Assembly: GCA_023129115.1 (NCBI GenBank) | Contig: JAGMCR010000003.1 | Location: 104,500 to 168,499, forward strand | Reading direction: 5' to 3' | Length of the DNA stretch: 64,000 nt | Origin: Candidatus Iainarchaeum sp. | Lineage (GTDB): Archaea; B1Sed10-29; WALL01 | In this document: piece by piece, positions 1 through 8,693 of the stretch | How the letters are laid out: each line of letters begins with the position of its first letter | Position numbering within the stretch: position 1 is the first letter of the stretch | Translations under genes and position numbers: made by a program | Notes under the pieces: generated by a model | Databases searched by the model: none | The model's input: only the letters and a program-made list of their open reading frames with translations | What the model was told of the DNA's origin: nothing

Positions 1-210
1 GTCCTCGCACCCGCCAGCGAGCACGCTTTCCCCGGTCTAGCTCTTGCCGTAATACACCGGTTCCGGGCTCGGCTAAGCCTGGTTGCCGGCGAAAACACCA
101 CGGAAAAGCACAACCACGCATTCCAGTCCGGCATCATGCCGTAATCCCATCCCGCAGGAAGAAAGCTTTTTTATTCTCGCCCGCCACAACTTATTCACTT
201 GGTGATATTC

Positions 211-984
211 ATGGCAGGCAAGAAAGGCTCTGGCAAAAAAGGCTCTGGCAAAAGGAGGGTAAGGGATCCGATCACCTTCTACGTTGATTTGGTGGGCCGC
301 AAGACCGCGAAGAGGGCAACAACCAATCTCCATAAGGACCTGAAGAAAATCAGGGGGCGGGTCAAGAAAATAGTCCGCGAGCATAACAAAGAGAGGAAGA
401 AGCTCGCGAAAAACGACTTGAAGGGCCACATAGACCTGGTCCAAAACACCCTGCTCTACCTCTACGTCGCCAAGGCGTTCCAGGAGGGCCTGGTGGGGGA
501 TGCCCAGATCCACGTAAAGCAACAGAAGGAGCGTGACGAAGGATTTGAAATGCCCAAGCCATTCACAACCAACCTCAATCTGCTTTCTGTGAAGCTCGGG
601 AACCACATCATGGAGTTCGAGACGCACAAAGAAACACTCAACCAGAAGGCTGAAGAGCTTGAGCAGATGCTCGCGGAGCTGAATGCGTCTGCCGAAGAGA
701 TCGCAGAGATGCAGGAAGCAAAAGAGGAGTACGAGCCGCACCCCCGGGGCAAACTCGGCGGCCTCCCTGTTAGCCCAAGCGACATCCGCAAGACGATGGT
801 CGAAGAAGCGCTCAGGTCTGGCAAGTCACCCGAAGAAATCAAAAAGATTACCGCCCAAACCGGATATTCAGGCATAAAGCTCCCAAGAAGGTATTCGGAC
901 ACGAACTTCAAGAAGATTGCGTCACGCGTTAGGAAAATGGTTAAAGACGAGCAAGAGAAAAAATTGTATAAAAACAAGAGATAA
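211..984 (+). CDS. Hypothetical basic, coiled-coil-rich protein
   Basis: Long ORF; ATG 211 preceded by GGTGAT RBS; N-terminal GKKGS repeat; no family recognised. Confidence 0.75.
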   Translation: MAGKKGSGKKGSGKRRVRDPITFYVDLVGRKTAKRATTNLHKDLKKIRGRVKKIVREHNKERKKLAKNDLKGHIDLVQNTLLYLYVAKAFQEGLVGDAQIHVKQQKERDEGFEMPKPFTTNLNLLSVKLGNHIMEFETHKETLNQKAEELEQMLAELNASAEEIAEMQEAKEEYEPHPRGKLGGLPVSPSDIRKTMVEEALRSGKSPEEIKKITAQTGYSGIKLPRRYSDTNFKKIASRVRKMVKDEQEKKLYKNKR

Positions 985-987
985 GGT

Positions 988-1377
988 TCACTCGACCCGC
1001 AGCCTCGCGGGGAAGTGCTGCTGGTCAGTGATTTTGTCGAACCTTTCGTCGTGCTCGCGCACGATTACGTCGAAGTCGTAGAACCCCGGCGTTATGTTGA
1101 ACTTGCCGTAGATGCTGAACTTCGCCTCTTTTTTCTTTGTGGGGTCCACGTTCTTGATGCGTATGCGGTGCTCGCGCATCAATCCACTGCGGTCGAACCC
1201 AAACGCGAACGGCACCTTGACGCTGACGCTGTAGCTCTTGGTCTGCCTCCCACGGTTCCTTACCTCCACGCCCAGCGACACCGGCTCCTTCTGCCCCACA
1301 ATCATCCTGATTGGGAGAAAGGAGGTCCGCACGTACATCCCGTTGTCTTTTTGCTCTTCCACATAAACACCGTACAT
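988..1377 (-). CDS. Hypothetical beta-sandwich (Ig-like) protein
   Basis: Alternating beta-strand pattern (VSLGVEVRNRG...YSVSVKVP...PGFYDFDVIV); start ambiguous. Confidence 0.65.
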   Translation of the reverse strand: MYGVYVEEQKDNGMYVRTSFLPIRMIVGQKEPVSLGVEVRNRGRQTKSYSVSVKVPFAFGFDRSGLMREHRIRIKNVDPTKKKEAKFSIYGKFNITPGFYDFDVIVREHDERFDKITDQQHFPARLRVE

Positions 1378-1408
1378 TAATATACTCACTGCGAGAATAA
1401 ATACTTAC

Positions 1409-1855
1409 ATGGTGCCTGAAAAAGAGCTAATCAAGCGGGAATACACGGTGCGGGGCATGCGCCTCCCGAACGAGACCAAGCTCACGCGCCAGTCCCTATT
1501 GCGCTGGCTCTGCCTCTCGCTCGGCCTCTTGTCGCCGGACGAGTCACGCCAGAGCGTGCTCCCAATCATGGACTCTTTCCTCGAGCTCCAGTTCTCCGGG
1601 CAAAAGCCAACGGTCGCTGAACTGTCAGAGAAAAGCGGCCAGCCAGAAAAAGCAGTGCGCTACCACATGCACCGGCTCATGGCGATGGGCCTGGCCCAGG
1701 AAGAGAAGCGCCACTATTCTTTCGTGCTCGACTCGTCGTCCGACTCACTCTCGCTGCCAAAGACATTCCGCGAGCATTACGCGGAATCCCTCTTGGCAAG
1801 CCTGTTTTCAATCGAGGGCGCGCTCAAGGAATTGCAGCGCTCGTACGAGGGCTAG
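1409..1855 (+). CDS. Winged-helix DNA-binding protein
   Basis: PTVAELSEKSGQPEKAVRYHMHRLMAMGL wHTH signature. Confidence 0.75.
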   Translation: MVPEKELIKREYTVRGMRLPNETKLTRQSLLRWLCLSLGLLSPDESRQSVLPIMDSFLELQFSGQKPTVAELSEKSGQPEKAVRYHMHRLMAMGLAQEEKRHYSFVLDSSSDSLSLPKTFREHYAESLLASLFSIEGALKELQRSYEG

Positions 1856-2286
1856 GTTAACCAGCGGGTTTCCCCCCACGAAACCACACAAAATTCAAAG
1901 CCATTCCCAACAGTTATTCCGCAAAACAAGCCCGATTTAACCTTGTTTCCCTGTTGGGAGTTGCATACCTCACTCCCAACACCAAAAACCACTTTCTCGT
2001 GCCCCTTCTCCTATCTCCTTCCCTCTCCGACCATAACTCGCTTTTCTCGGCAAGAAATAGCCACTGGAAACTATACTCTAAAACCATTATTATCAACAAT
2101 ACACTCCAAAAACTATAAGTAACAAACTATCAATCACAAACTATATTTTATTGTTTATACTTCTTGCCGTGGCCACTCACTTTGCCCCCCACACATAAAC
2201 ACCTCAACCGCCACAACACCGCAAAACCGCGTGCCACAGCGCTTTCCAGCCCCCCCTCCACCCAAAAACAAACATTAATCGAAAAG

Positions 2287-2877
2287 TTATTGCGAAGGGG
2301 CGGTTTTTGATTTGATTTCGTCCATCAACTTATCATCCAAAAAGGTAAGAACATTGAGTGGGTATTTTTCCAGGTAGTCAAGGGTGTTGTCCCAAACATC
2401 ATGTTTGGCCCGTATGCTCTCTATCAGTTCTTTTTGGTGTTGCCTGAATTCTTCTAGTTCGATTAGTTTCATTCTCCGTCTTTCTTCAGCTGTTGGCTCG
2501 GGTTCTGGCCCGTACTCCTCAAGGTCAACGCTTTTGGCTTCCACTACGTTGTTGCGGATGCCGTTTAATGTTTTTTCTGCTGTTTTTTTTAATTCCACCA
2601 AGGTAGCATGGACTTCCTTCCATTCTTCGGTTGTGCCCCCTGTTCCCCCCATTTTTTCGAACTGGCCACTCAATTCGGCTTCGGCGTACTTCAATTTGTT
2701 TTGCAGGCGCTCGTGATGGCGGAGCAGTTGTGCGTAGGGGTCGATCCCACGGTTTTTAAATATCCACCCCCCCAGCTCTGGCTTAAACGGCTGGAATAAC
2801 TCCATGACGTGGCTTTTTATTTTACGCATTTCGCCTATCTTGTTTTGGCTGTGGGCTTCGGAGGGCTTCAGCTCCAT
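2287..2877 (-). CDS. Hypothetical helical protein
   Basis: 196-aa ORF with TTTTTATA box about 25 nt upstream. Confidence 0.65.
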   Translation of the reverse strand: MELKPSEAHSQNKIGEMRKIKSHVMELFQPFKPELGGWIFKNRGIDPYAQLLRHHERLQNKLKYAEAELSGQFEKMGGTGGTTEEWKEVHATLVELKKTAEKTLNGIRNNVVEAKSVDLEEYGPEPEPTAEERRRMKLIELEEFRQHQKELIESIRAKHDVWDNTLDYLEKYPLNVLTFLDDKLMDEIKSKTAPSQ

Positions 2878-3075
2878 ACACCCATTTACACGCCACGCCT
2901 ATAAAAACATCAGCACTCCCAACCCCCCAGTGGTGTTCAAGGCCCCCCACCCCCGGGTAAACGCCCTTTCTGGAGAGCGTTTCGAGGCAGCCACCACTGT
3001 CCAGGAAAAGGCCTTCGCCCGCACCAAAAGGTACTGGGCTTAGTTTTTTAAACCCTCTTTCCGTTACCAACCAGC

Positions 3076-3231
3076 ATGCCCGACTTTATCGGCTACCACA
3101 TGGACCTGAAGCAGTTCACGACTCCAGAGCTAAAGAAAGTCCTCCGCGAGAAGAAGTACTTGAACGTGTGGTCTTATTCCAGAATCCAGGACGAGCTCCT
3201 CCGCCGCGGCGAGGGGTATTACCGGGACTAG
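3076..3231 (+). CDS. Small 51-aa protein (MPDFIGYHMDLKQF...GEGYYRD), absent from ORF track
   Basis: Manually translated; TTTTTTAAA box at ~3045-3053; host-like GC3 codons; abuts aCPSF1 stop. Confidence 0.6.
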   Translation: MPDFIGYHMDLKQFTTPELKKVLREKKYLNVWSYSRIQDELLRRGEGYYRD

Positions 3232-5142
3232 CTACTTCAGCCTAATCGAGTCCAAATTCCTGGGCGTGTTCGTCTCGACCCTGCTGGAGTACCCCAGCGT
3301 CTTCGCGAGCGCGGTGCAGCTCTTTTCGTCGCCGTGCACTGTAATCACCCTCTCTGGCCTGGGCGCCAGTTTCTTGAAGAAATTAACTAGTTGGTTCCTG
3401 TCGCTGTGGCCCGAAAAGCCCTCAATCGTCTCAATCTGCATCTTGACCTCGACGGCTTTGGTCCTGCCGCCGATGTTCAGCGGAATGGTCTTGCTGCCCC
3501 CCATCCTCCGCATTCCAATAGTCTGTATCTTCCTGCCGAGCGAGCCCTCGCCCTGGTAGCCGACAAAAATTATCTTGTTCTGGGTGTTCTCGCAAAGGTT
3601 CTTGAAGTACTCGACCGACGGCCCGCCGCTCATCATTCCCGAGGGCGAGAGGAACACGCTGCTCTTCTCGTCCGCGAGGCCCTCGCGCTTCGTCTTGTCG
3701 ACCTCAATGAAAATATCAGAGTCGAACGGCGAGTTGTTGTGCAGAATCCTCTTCTTGACATTGCGCCGCATGAACTCCGGGTAAGCAGTGTGTATCGCGC
3801 TCGCCTCGCGTGTCATGCCGTCGATGTAAATAGGTATGTCCCAGCTGTTGCGCTTCGCGTACTCCTCGAGCACCAGCATTATTTCCTGCGCCCTCCCAAT
3901 CGCGAACACTGGAATAAGCACTGACCCGCCGCGCTCGCACGTCTGCTTGATGCTCTGGATGAGCCGCTTGTCCGACACGTACCTCGGCGGCATTATGTCC
4001 CTCGGCCCGCCGTACGTCGACTCAATAATAAGCGTCTCCAGCCGCGGGTACCGGGTGTGCACATTGTCGAACAATTTCGTGTACCCGAACTTGAAGTCCC
4101 CGGTGTACAATAAGTTGTGCACGCCCTGGCCGATGTGCAGGTGCGCGCTCGCCGAGCCCATGATGTGCCCGGCGTTGTGGAGGGTGAGCCGCATGTCTGG
4201 CGAGATGTCCGTGACCTCGCCGTAGTCCCTCGTAATCACGTACTTCATGGTTTTCTTGACGTCCTTGTCCTTGTAGGGCGGGTCAATCCCCTCCTTCTTC
4301 AGCACGCTGATGTAGTCGAGCTGCAGCAGCGCCATCAGGTCCCGGGTCGGCGCAGTGCAATAAGTCGGCCCGCTGAACCCGTACTGGTAGAGGTACGGGA
4401 CAAAGCCCGAGTGGTCGAGGTGCGCGTGCGAGACAATCACAGCGTCCAGCTCGTCAATCGCGAAGTTAATCGACCCCAGGTGCGGATACGCGCGGTCCCT
4501 TGACGCAACATTAATCCCGCAGTCCAGCAGTATCTTTGACTCGGGCGTCTCCAGCAGGAAGCAGCTCCTGCCGACTTCCCTCGCGCCGCCGAGGGGCGTG
4601 AGCCTGACCCAGTCAGTGCCCTTGGTGTCGTTGCGGTAGATGCGCGACGCGGTCTCCTTGAGGAACTTGGCCCGCTCCTTGTTCTCCTTGAGCAGTGTGT
4701 ACCTGATTCCCTTGATTACGGGGGAGGGCTGCGTCGGCACCCGCAGTATCCTTGGGTACCACCCAGTCTCAATCGTTATCGCCTTCAATGTAGACCCATG
4801 CTTCCCAATTACGAGCCCGGGCTTCTTGGCCTCAATCACGACTTCGTTGAACTCGCTGTCGAACCCGAGGTCATCAATCCCCGCCTCGCGTGGGACCAGC
4901 TCCTGCATCCTTTTCTTGGCTGCCTCTGGGTCCATGAGCATGGAGTTGTCCGAGCGGATGTGTACCCGCTTCTTGAGCTGCCCCGCGAGTGACTTCACGA
5001 GCCCCTCTGTCTCCAGGAACAGCCTCATGTTCCGTGTGTACACGACGACCTCTGACGCAAGCATGGCTACCTTTGTGACCATGGCGTCCGCTGGCACTAT
5101 TTCCTGGACTTTTTTCTCCATTTGCTTGGCGATTTCTGACAT
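3232..5142 (-). CDS. fttA: aCPSF1/FttA KH-domain beta-CASP ribonuclease (transcription termination factor)
   Basis: KH motif GLVIGKHG, GGAREVGRSC, SHAHLDH, AGHIMG, FSGHSD, VHGD. Confidence 0.96.
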   Translation of the reverse strand: MSEIAKQMEKKVQEIVPADAMVTKVAMLASEVVVYTRNMRLFLETEGLVKSLAGQLKKRVHIRSDNSMLMDPEAAKKRMQELVPREAGIDDLGFDSEFNEVVIEAKKPGLVIGKHGSTLKAITIETGWYPRILRVPTQPSPVIKGIRYTLLKENKERAKFLKETASRIYRNDTKGTDWVRLTPLGGAREVGRSCFLLETPESKILLDCGINVASRDRAYPHLGSINFAIDELDAVIVSHAHLDHSGFVPYLYQYGFSGPTYCTAPTRDLMALLQLDYISVLKKEGIDPPYKDKDVKKTMKYVITRDYGEVTDISPDMRLTLHNAGHIMGSASAHLHIGQGVHNLLYTGDFKFGYTKLFDNVHTRYPRLETLIIESTYGGPRDIMPPRYVSDKRLIQSIKQTCERGGSVLIPVFAIGRAQEIMLVLEEYAKRNSWDIPIYIDGMTREASAIHTAYPEFMRRNVKKRILHNNSPFDSDIFIEVDKTKREGLADEKSSVFLSPSGMMSGGPSVEYFKNLCENTQNKIIFVGYQGEGSLGRKIQTIGMRRMGGSKTIPLNIGGRTKAVEVKMQIETIEGFSGHSDRNQLVNFFKKLAPRPERVITVHGDEKSCTALAKTLGYSSRVETNTPRNLDSIRLK

Positions 5143-5185
5143 AAGCTAGCCTCTACTAACCCTTGTCCGTGGGTTGGCTGGAGCC

Positions 5186-5794
5186 TTATTTTAGGTATGG
5201 CGCTGGGTCGATTTTCTTGTAGCCGCTCTTGGTAATTGCCACTAGCTTGATGTTGTTGCCGGAGAAGGCGTCCCTCTCCAGAGCAGACTTTATCGCCTTA
5301 ACGGCGACTGGAACATTTTCGTCCACGGTCCCGCCCTCGCTGTACTGTGCCTCAAGCAATCCATAGGCAAACGGCGAGCCGCTGCCCGTCGCAACGACTT
5401 TTTCCTCGAGCGCGCTCCCCACTGCGTCGAGCGAGTACAGCCTCGGCCCGGTATCGTAGCCGCCGATTAGGAGCTGCACCCAGTACGGGAACCACTTGTT
5501 GCCGTGGAGTATGTTGGACAGCAGCGACACTGCCGCGTCCACTTTCATGGGGTGGTCCCTCTCAATCTGGTAGAGGTTGGTCTCCACCTGCATGATGCGC
5601 ACCAGCTTCTGGGCGTCGGCCACGCTCCCCGCGGTCGTCATCCAGATGTGGTCCTGTAGCCGGAATATCTTGGGCGTATCCTTGTTGGCAATGAGGTTGC
5701 CCATGGTCGCCCGGCTCTCGGACGCGAGAATAACCCCGTCCTTGCACTTGAGGCCCAGGGTCGTGGTGCCATGCTTCGTGTTTTCTTTGTCCAC
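5186..5794 (-). CDS. psmB: Proteasome subunit beta
   Basis: HG|TTTLG propeptide junction, GSVADAQ, ATGSGS; adjacent to aCPSF1 as is common in archaea. Confidence 0.96.
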   Translation of the reverse strand: MDKENTKHGTTTLGLKCKDGVILASESRATMGNLIANKDTPKIFRLQDHIWMTTAGSVADAQKLVRIMQVETNLYQIERDHPMKVDAAVSLLSNILHGNKWFPYWVQLLIGGYDTGPRLYSLDAVGSALEEKVVATGSGSPFAYGLLEAQYSEGGTVDENVPVAVKAIKSALERDAFSGNNIKLVAITKSGYKKIDPAPYLK

Positions 5795-5861
5795 TAACTA
5801 CTCACCTTTAATGACTAAAAGAACAAGACCAGCCTATTGTTGGTCTCACCATATAAAAACA

Positions 5862-6530
5862 TTATGCCTTTTTGTACTCTTCTACGAATTCCACGCTCAT
5901 TTCGGGCAACCTGCTGGTCACCTGCGTGATGAAGTACGCCTTTGCCTGGCCATACCTCTTGGTGGCCAGCAGCTCGGTTTTGGGCGTTGCGATGACTTTT
6001 TTGCCCTTCAGCTCGAGCTTGAGGTCTTTCTCCCCGAAGAACTGGCTGGCGAGGGCCCGGACCTTTTCCTCTGTCTTGGCGAGCACGTCAACAAGCTTTA
6101 TCTCGAAGTCAAGCGTCCTGCCGGCGAGCTCGTGGTTGAAGTCCACCCTCACCCTCCCGCCGGAAACGCTCTGCACCCTCGCGGTCATATTATCTAATTG
6201 AACCGGCATGCCCGGGAACGGGTTCAGCTTATTGTCGGTGAAGATTTTGAGGGGCACAATCTTGATGAGCTTTGGGTCCCTCGGGCCGTACGCCTCCTCT
6301 GGCGGAATCGTGAGCTTCTTCTCCCCGCCCTTTTCCATGCCAATCAATGCATTGTCCAGCCCGGGGATGAGGTCCCCCTTTCCGGCGACTATGACGAGTG
6401 GCTTGTACACTTGCTCCTTGATGTAGATGCTGTTCTTCTTCGCAGCGCCTTCCACGGTGGTGTCGAAGACTTTGCCGTCCGTGCTTCCGGTGTAGTCCAG
6501 GAGAACAAAGTCGCCTTCTTTTACGCCCAT
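5862..6530 (-). CDS. slyD: Long-type FKBP peptidyl-prolyl isomerase (SlyD-like)
   Basis: GDFVLLDYTG...FDTT, IPGLDNAL, PEEAYG, VDFNHELAG; AGGAG before ATG 6530. Confidence 0.92.
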   Translation of the reverse strand: MGVKEGDFVLLDYTGSTDGKVFDTTVEGAAKKNSIYIKEQVYKPLVIVAGKGDLIPGLDNALIGMEKGGEKKLTIPPEEAYGPRDPKLIKIVPLKIFTDNKLNPFPGMPVQLDNMTARVQSVSGGRVRVDFNHELAGRTLDFEIKLVDVLAKTEEKVRALASQFFGEKDLKLELKGKKVIATPKTELLATKRYGQAKAYFITQVTSRLPEMSVEFVEEYKKA

Positions 6531-6586
6531 GCGGCTCCTATTCTGCATGATAACCTATTTAAACGTTAGCCCCCACAATCCAGCGC

Positions 6587-7186
6587 ATGGTTTCGCGGGC
6601 GCAGCTAATTGTCGTAACAGCCATAGTGGCCATCGGCCTAATGGGCCCAATGGCTTTCATCGCGCAGGAGGCCGCGAAGAACCCGGCGGAAGAGGCGGCA
6701 GAGGCCACGAAGCCGGTGCAGCAGACAGTCCAGCTGTCCCAGGTCATAGAGCTTGAGGCAATCGTGACCGCAGAAATCACCCGAGTCGACCCCATACTGG
6801 TCGCGGTCGTGGCATCGGATTTTGGGGACAACGAGACCGTCGCCATTCTCTCCAACCTCTCAAGCGCCGGGCTCGACTCAATTGATGGCGAGGGCCATGT
6901 CTTCCGCGCGGTTTTCATGCTCGCCGACCCCACAGAATACTCCATTGTCCTCGGCGAGCTCGCCGGCCTGAACATGACTGTGGTGGACCAGGGCATGACC
7001 GCACAAATCATTCTCCCCAAGACCTATACCGCGTACCGCGGCGGCCATGAGTACACTCTTTCCACGCTCCCGTCTGACGAGGTCACTGCAATCATTTCGG
7101 GCGAGGCACAGTCCGGCCCCGCAGAGTTCAGCCTCAAGATAACCAAATCGGGCGAACAGAAAAAGATTGTGGCTGTCGAGAACTAG
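6587..7186 (+). CDS. Hypothetical membrane-anchored/secreted protein
   Basis: N-terminal hydrophobic helix; TATTTAAA box upstream. Confidence 0.7.
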   Translation: MVSRAQLIVVTAIVAIGLMGPMAFIAQEAAKNPAEEAAEATKPVQQTVQLSQVIELEAIVTAEITRVDPILVAVVASDFGDNETVAILSNLSSAGLDSIDGEGHVFRAVFMLADPTEYSIVLGELAGLNMTVVDQGMTAQIILPKTYTAYRGGHEYTLSTLPSDEVTAIISGEAQSGPAEFSLKITKSGEQKKIVAVEN

Positions 7187-7509
7187 CCCTTCAGCGCCAT
7201 TATCGCTTCGGCGATGTCTCCACTGCTTTTTTCCAGCGCGGCCCTGGCCTTCTCCTCGTCGGCCCCGGCCTGCTCCATCACCATCTTGACGTCTTCTTCT
7301 GACGGGCCAATCCCCCTTTCACTAATGTCGCCCATCACCTGAAACGTCTTGGTGCCCTGCATATCGATTTCGATGACCTTGGGGTTCGAGACAACGATTT
7401 CCCTGCCCTCGGCCTTTATCACCACTTCGTCTGCGTTGATTTCCTTCTGCTTTATGCCCATTGCCTTCATGGCCTGGGCCATTTTCCTTGGGTCCATTCC
7501 TGGCATCAT
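7183..7509 (-). CDS. nac: Nascent polypeptide-associated complex protein
   Basis: MDPRKMAQAMKAMGI, EEDVKMVMEQA, GDIAEAIM (UBA-like C-terminus). Confidence 0.95.
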   Translation of the reverse strand: MMPGMDPRKMAQAMKAMGIKQKEINADEVVIKAEGREIVVSNPKVIEIDMQGTKTFQVMGDISERGIGPSEEDVKMVMEQAGADEEKARAALEKSSGDIAEAIMALKG

Positions 7510-7563
7510 GGTCTATCCTTTTACACAAAAGCTATTAAATACCTTCCGCGTTAGTTTCCCACA

Positions 7564-8208
7564 ATGGCCATTACCATCGGCAGCTTCGCCGAGTTCAAAA
7601 AGCTCGTCCCCAAGGACATGGCTGACTCCCACTCATCGCGCCAGGCGGCGGTCGAGACCTACCTCGCCATGGGCGGAGTCACCAAGTTCAAGAAGACGGG
7701 TGGCTTCCCGGTCCTCGTCTACCCAACGCCGAAGCGGCTCGGGGACCAAATCCGCGAGGCAGAAAAGAAAATCGCGGGCTGGGACAAGTCCCTCGGCGAC
7801 TGGCACCGCAGGCACAAGCACCTGAAGACAGATAAAATCACTGACGTGGCCAAGCGCGCCGCCGACCCCCTGTACTGGGAGCACCGCGCCAAGCTCCTGA
7901 CCGACCCGGCGTACCGCGCGACGCACGACCTGGTCCGCCCGCCGATGCACCTGCTGCACCGCGAGAAGTGGCGCAAGCGCCTAAAGCTATTCATCCGCTC
8001 CAAGGAATACCGCCTCCGCCTCCACGAGGCACGTGTCTCTTCCATCGGAAAGAAGCGCGCCCCCATGACAGAAGAAGTCGAGGCGCGGCTGGACTTCAAC
8101 CGGCAGATGGCCCAGAACGAGCTAAAGAAAATTGAGGAAAAGCGCAACAAGCTAAAGAAAAAGCTCGGCGCGATGAAAACGCTGCTCGCCTGGTCAAAAT
8201 CGGCTTAA
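7564..8208 (+). CDS. Hypothetical basic protein
   Basis: 214-aa ORF, host-like codon usage, TATTAAATA box upstream. Confidence 0.7.
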   Translation: MAITIGSFAEFKKLVPKDMADSHSSRQAAVETYLAMGGVTKFKKTGGFPVLVYPTPKRLGDQIREAEKKIAGWDKSLGDWHRRHKHLKTDKITDVAKRAADPLYWEHRAKLLTDPAYRATHDLVRPPMHLLHREKWRKRLKLFIRSKEYRLRLHEARVSSIGKKRAPMTEEVEARLDFNRQMAQNELKKIEEKRNKLKKKLGAMKTLLAWSKSA

Positions 8209-8432
8209 ACTAAGCCGGCACGTTGGACTAAAGCGGAGGCAAGCCTCCGCAAATAGGCAGGCTACAACAAAGCGGAAAAGCTCGGCCAAATCAGCGCCAA
8301 AAATGGCTTGAGCTAAGCCGGCACGTTAGACTTGGGGGGCGCCAATTGGCGCCCCCCAGAGGCAGGTCCCCGCCAATAGGCTGGTCATAACAAAGCGGCG
8401 AAGCCCGGCCAAATCAACGCCAAAAACGGCTT
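8201..8432. repeat. Imperfect tandem duplication with hairpins and a perfect 26-bp palindrome
   Basis: CTAAGCCGGCACGTTRGACT at 8210 and 8313; ACAAAGCGG..GGCCAAATCARCGCCAAAAAYGGCTT twice; palindrome 8333-8358; hairpin 8233-8250. Confidence 0.85.
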
Positions 8433-8606
8433 CTGCTCGAACGTGTATGCAAGCACTTCCAGCAGCGTCGGTATCCCAATCGCGAGCAGGAAGGGCACCA
8501 TGGGCATCTTTTCCAGGCCATAGCCCTTGCCCTCGTCAATTATCGCGAGCACCACCCCCCACACCAGCACGTTCAAAAGCCACGAAAGCACGTAAGTAAA
8601 TGCCAT
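8385..8606 (-). CDS. Small membrane protein
   Basis: 73 aa, 2-3 hydrophobic segments; AT-rich TATA-like box upstream. Confidence 0.6.
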   Translation of the reverse strand: MAFTYVLSWLLNVLVWGVVLAIIDEGKGYGLEKMPMVPFLLAIGIPTLLEVLAYTFEQKPFLALIWPGFAALL

Positions 8607-8693
8607 GAGCCAACTATACGCCCAAGCTTAATATTCTTTCTCGGCAACCCGTAACGCCCCTCCTTTTAAAGCCCCCGAACCCCAACTTTTGCC

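Noticed and set aside
1-150. GC-rich window start as an SRP or RNase P RNA fragment
   Set aside because: No SRP helix-8 motif or RNase P GAGGAAAGUCC motif is visible, and the region is truncated by the window edge
8201-8432. DGR template/variable repeat pair or mini-CRISPR
   Set aside because: Mismatches are not adenine-specific, there is no reverse transcriptase or cas gene in the window, and there are only about two units
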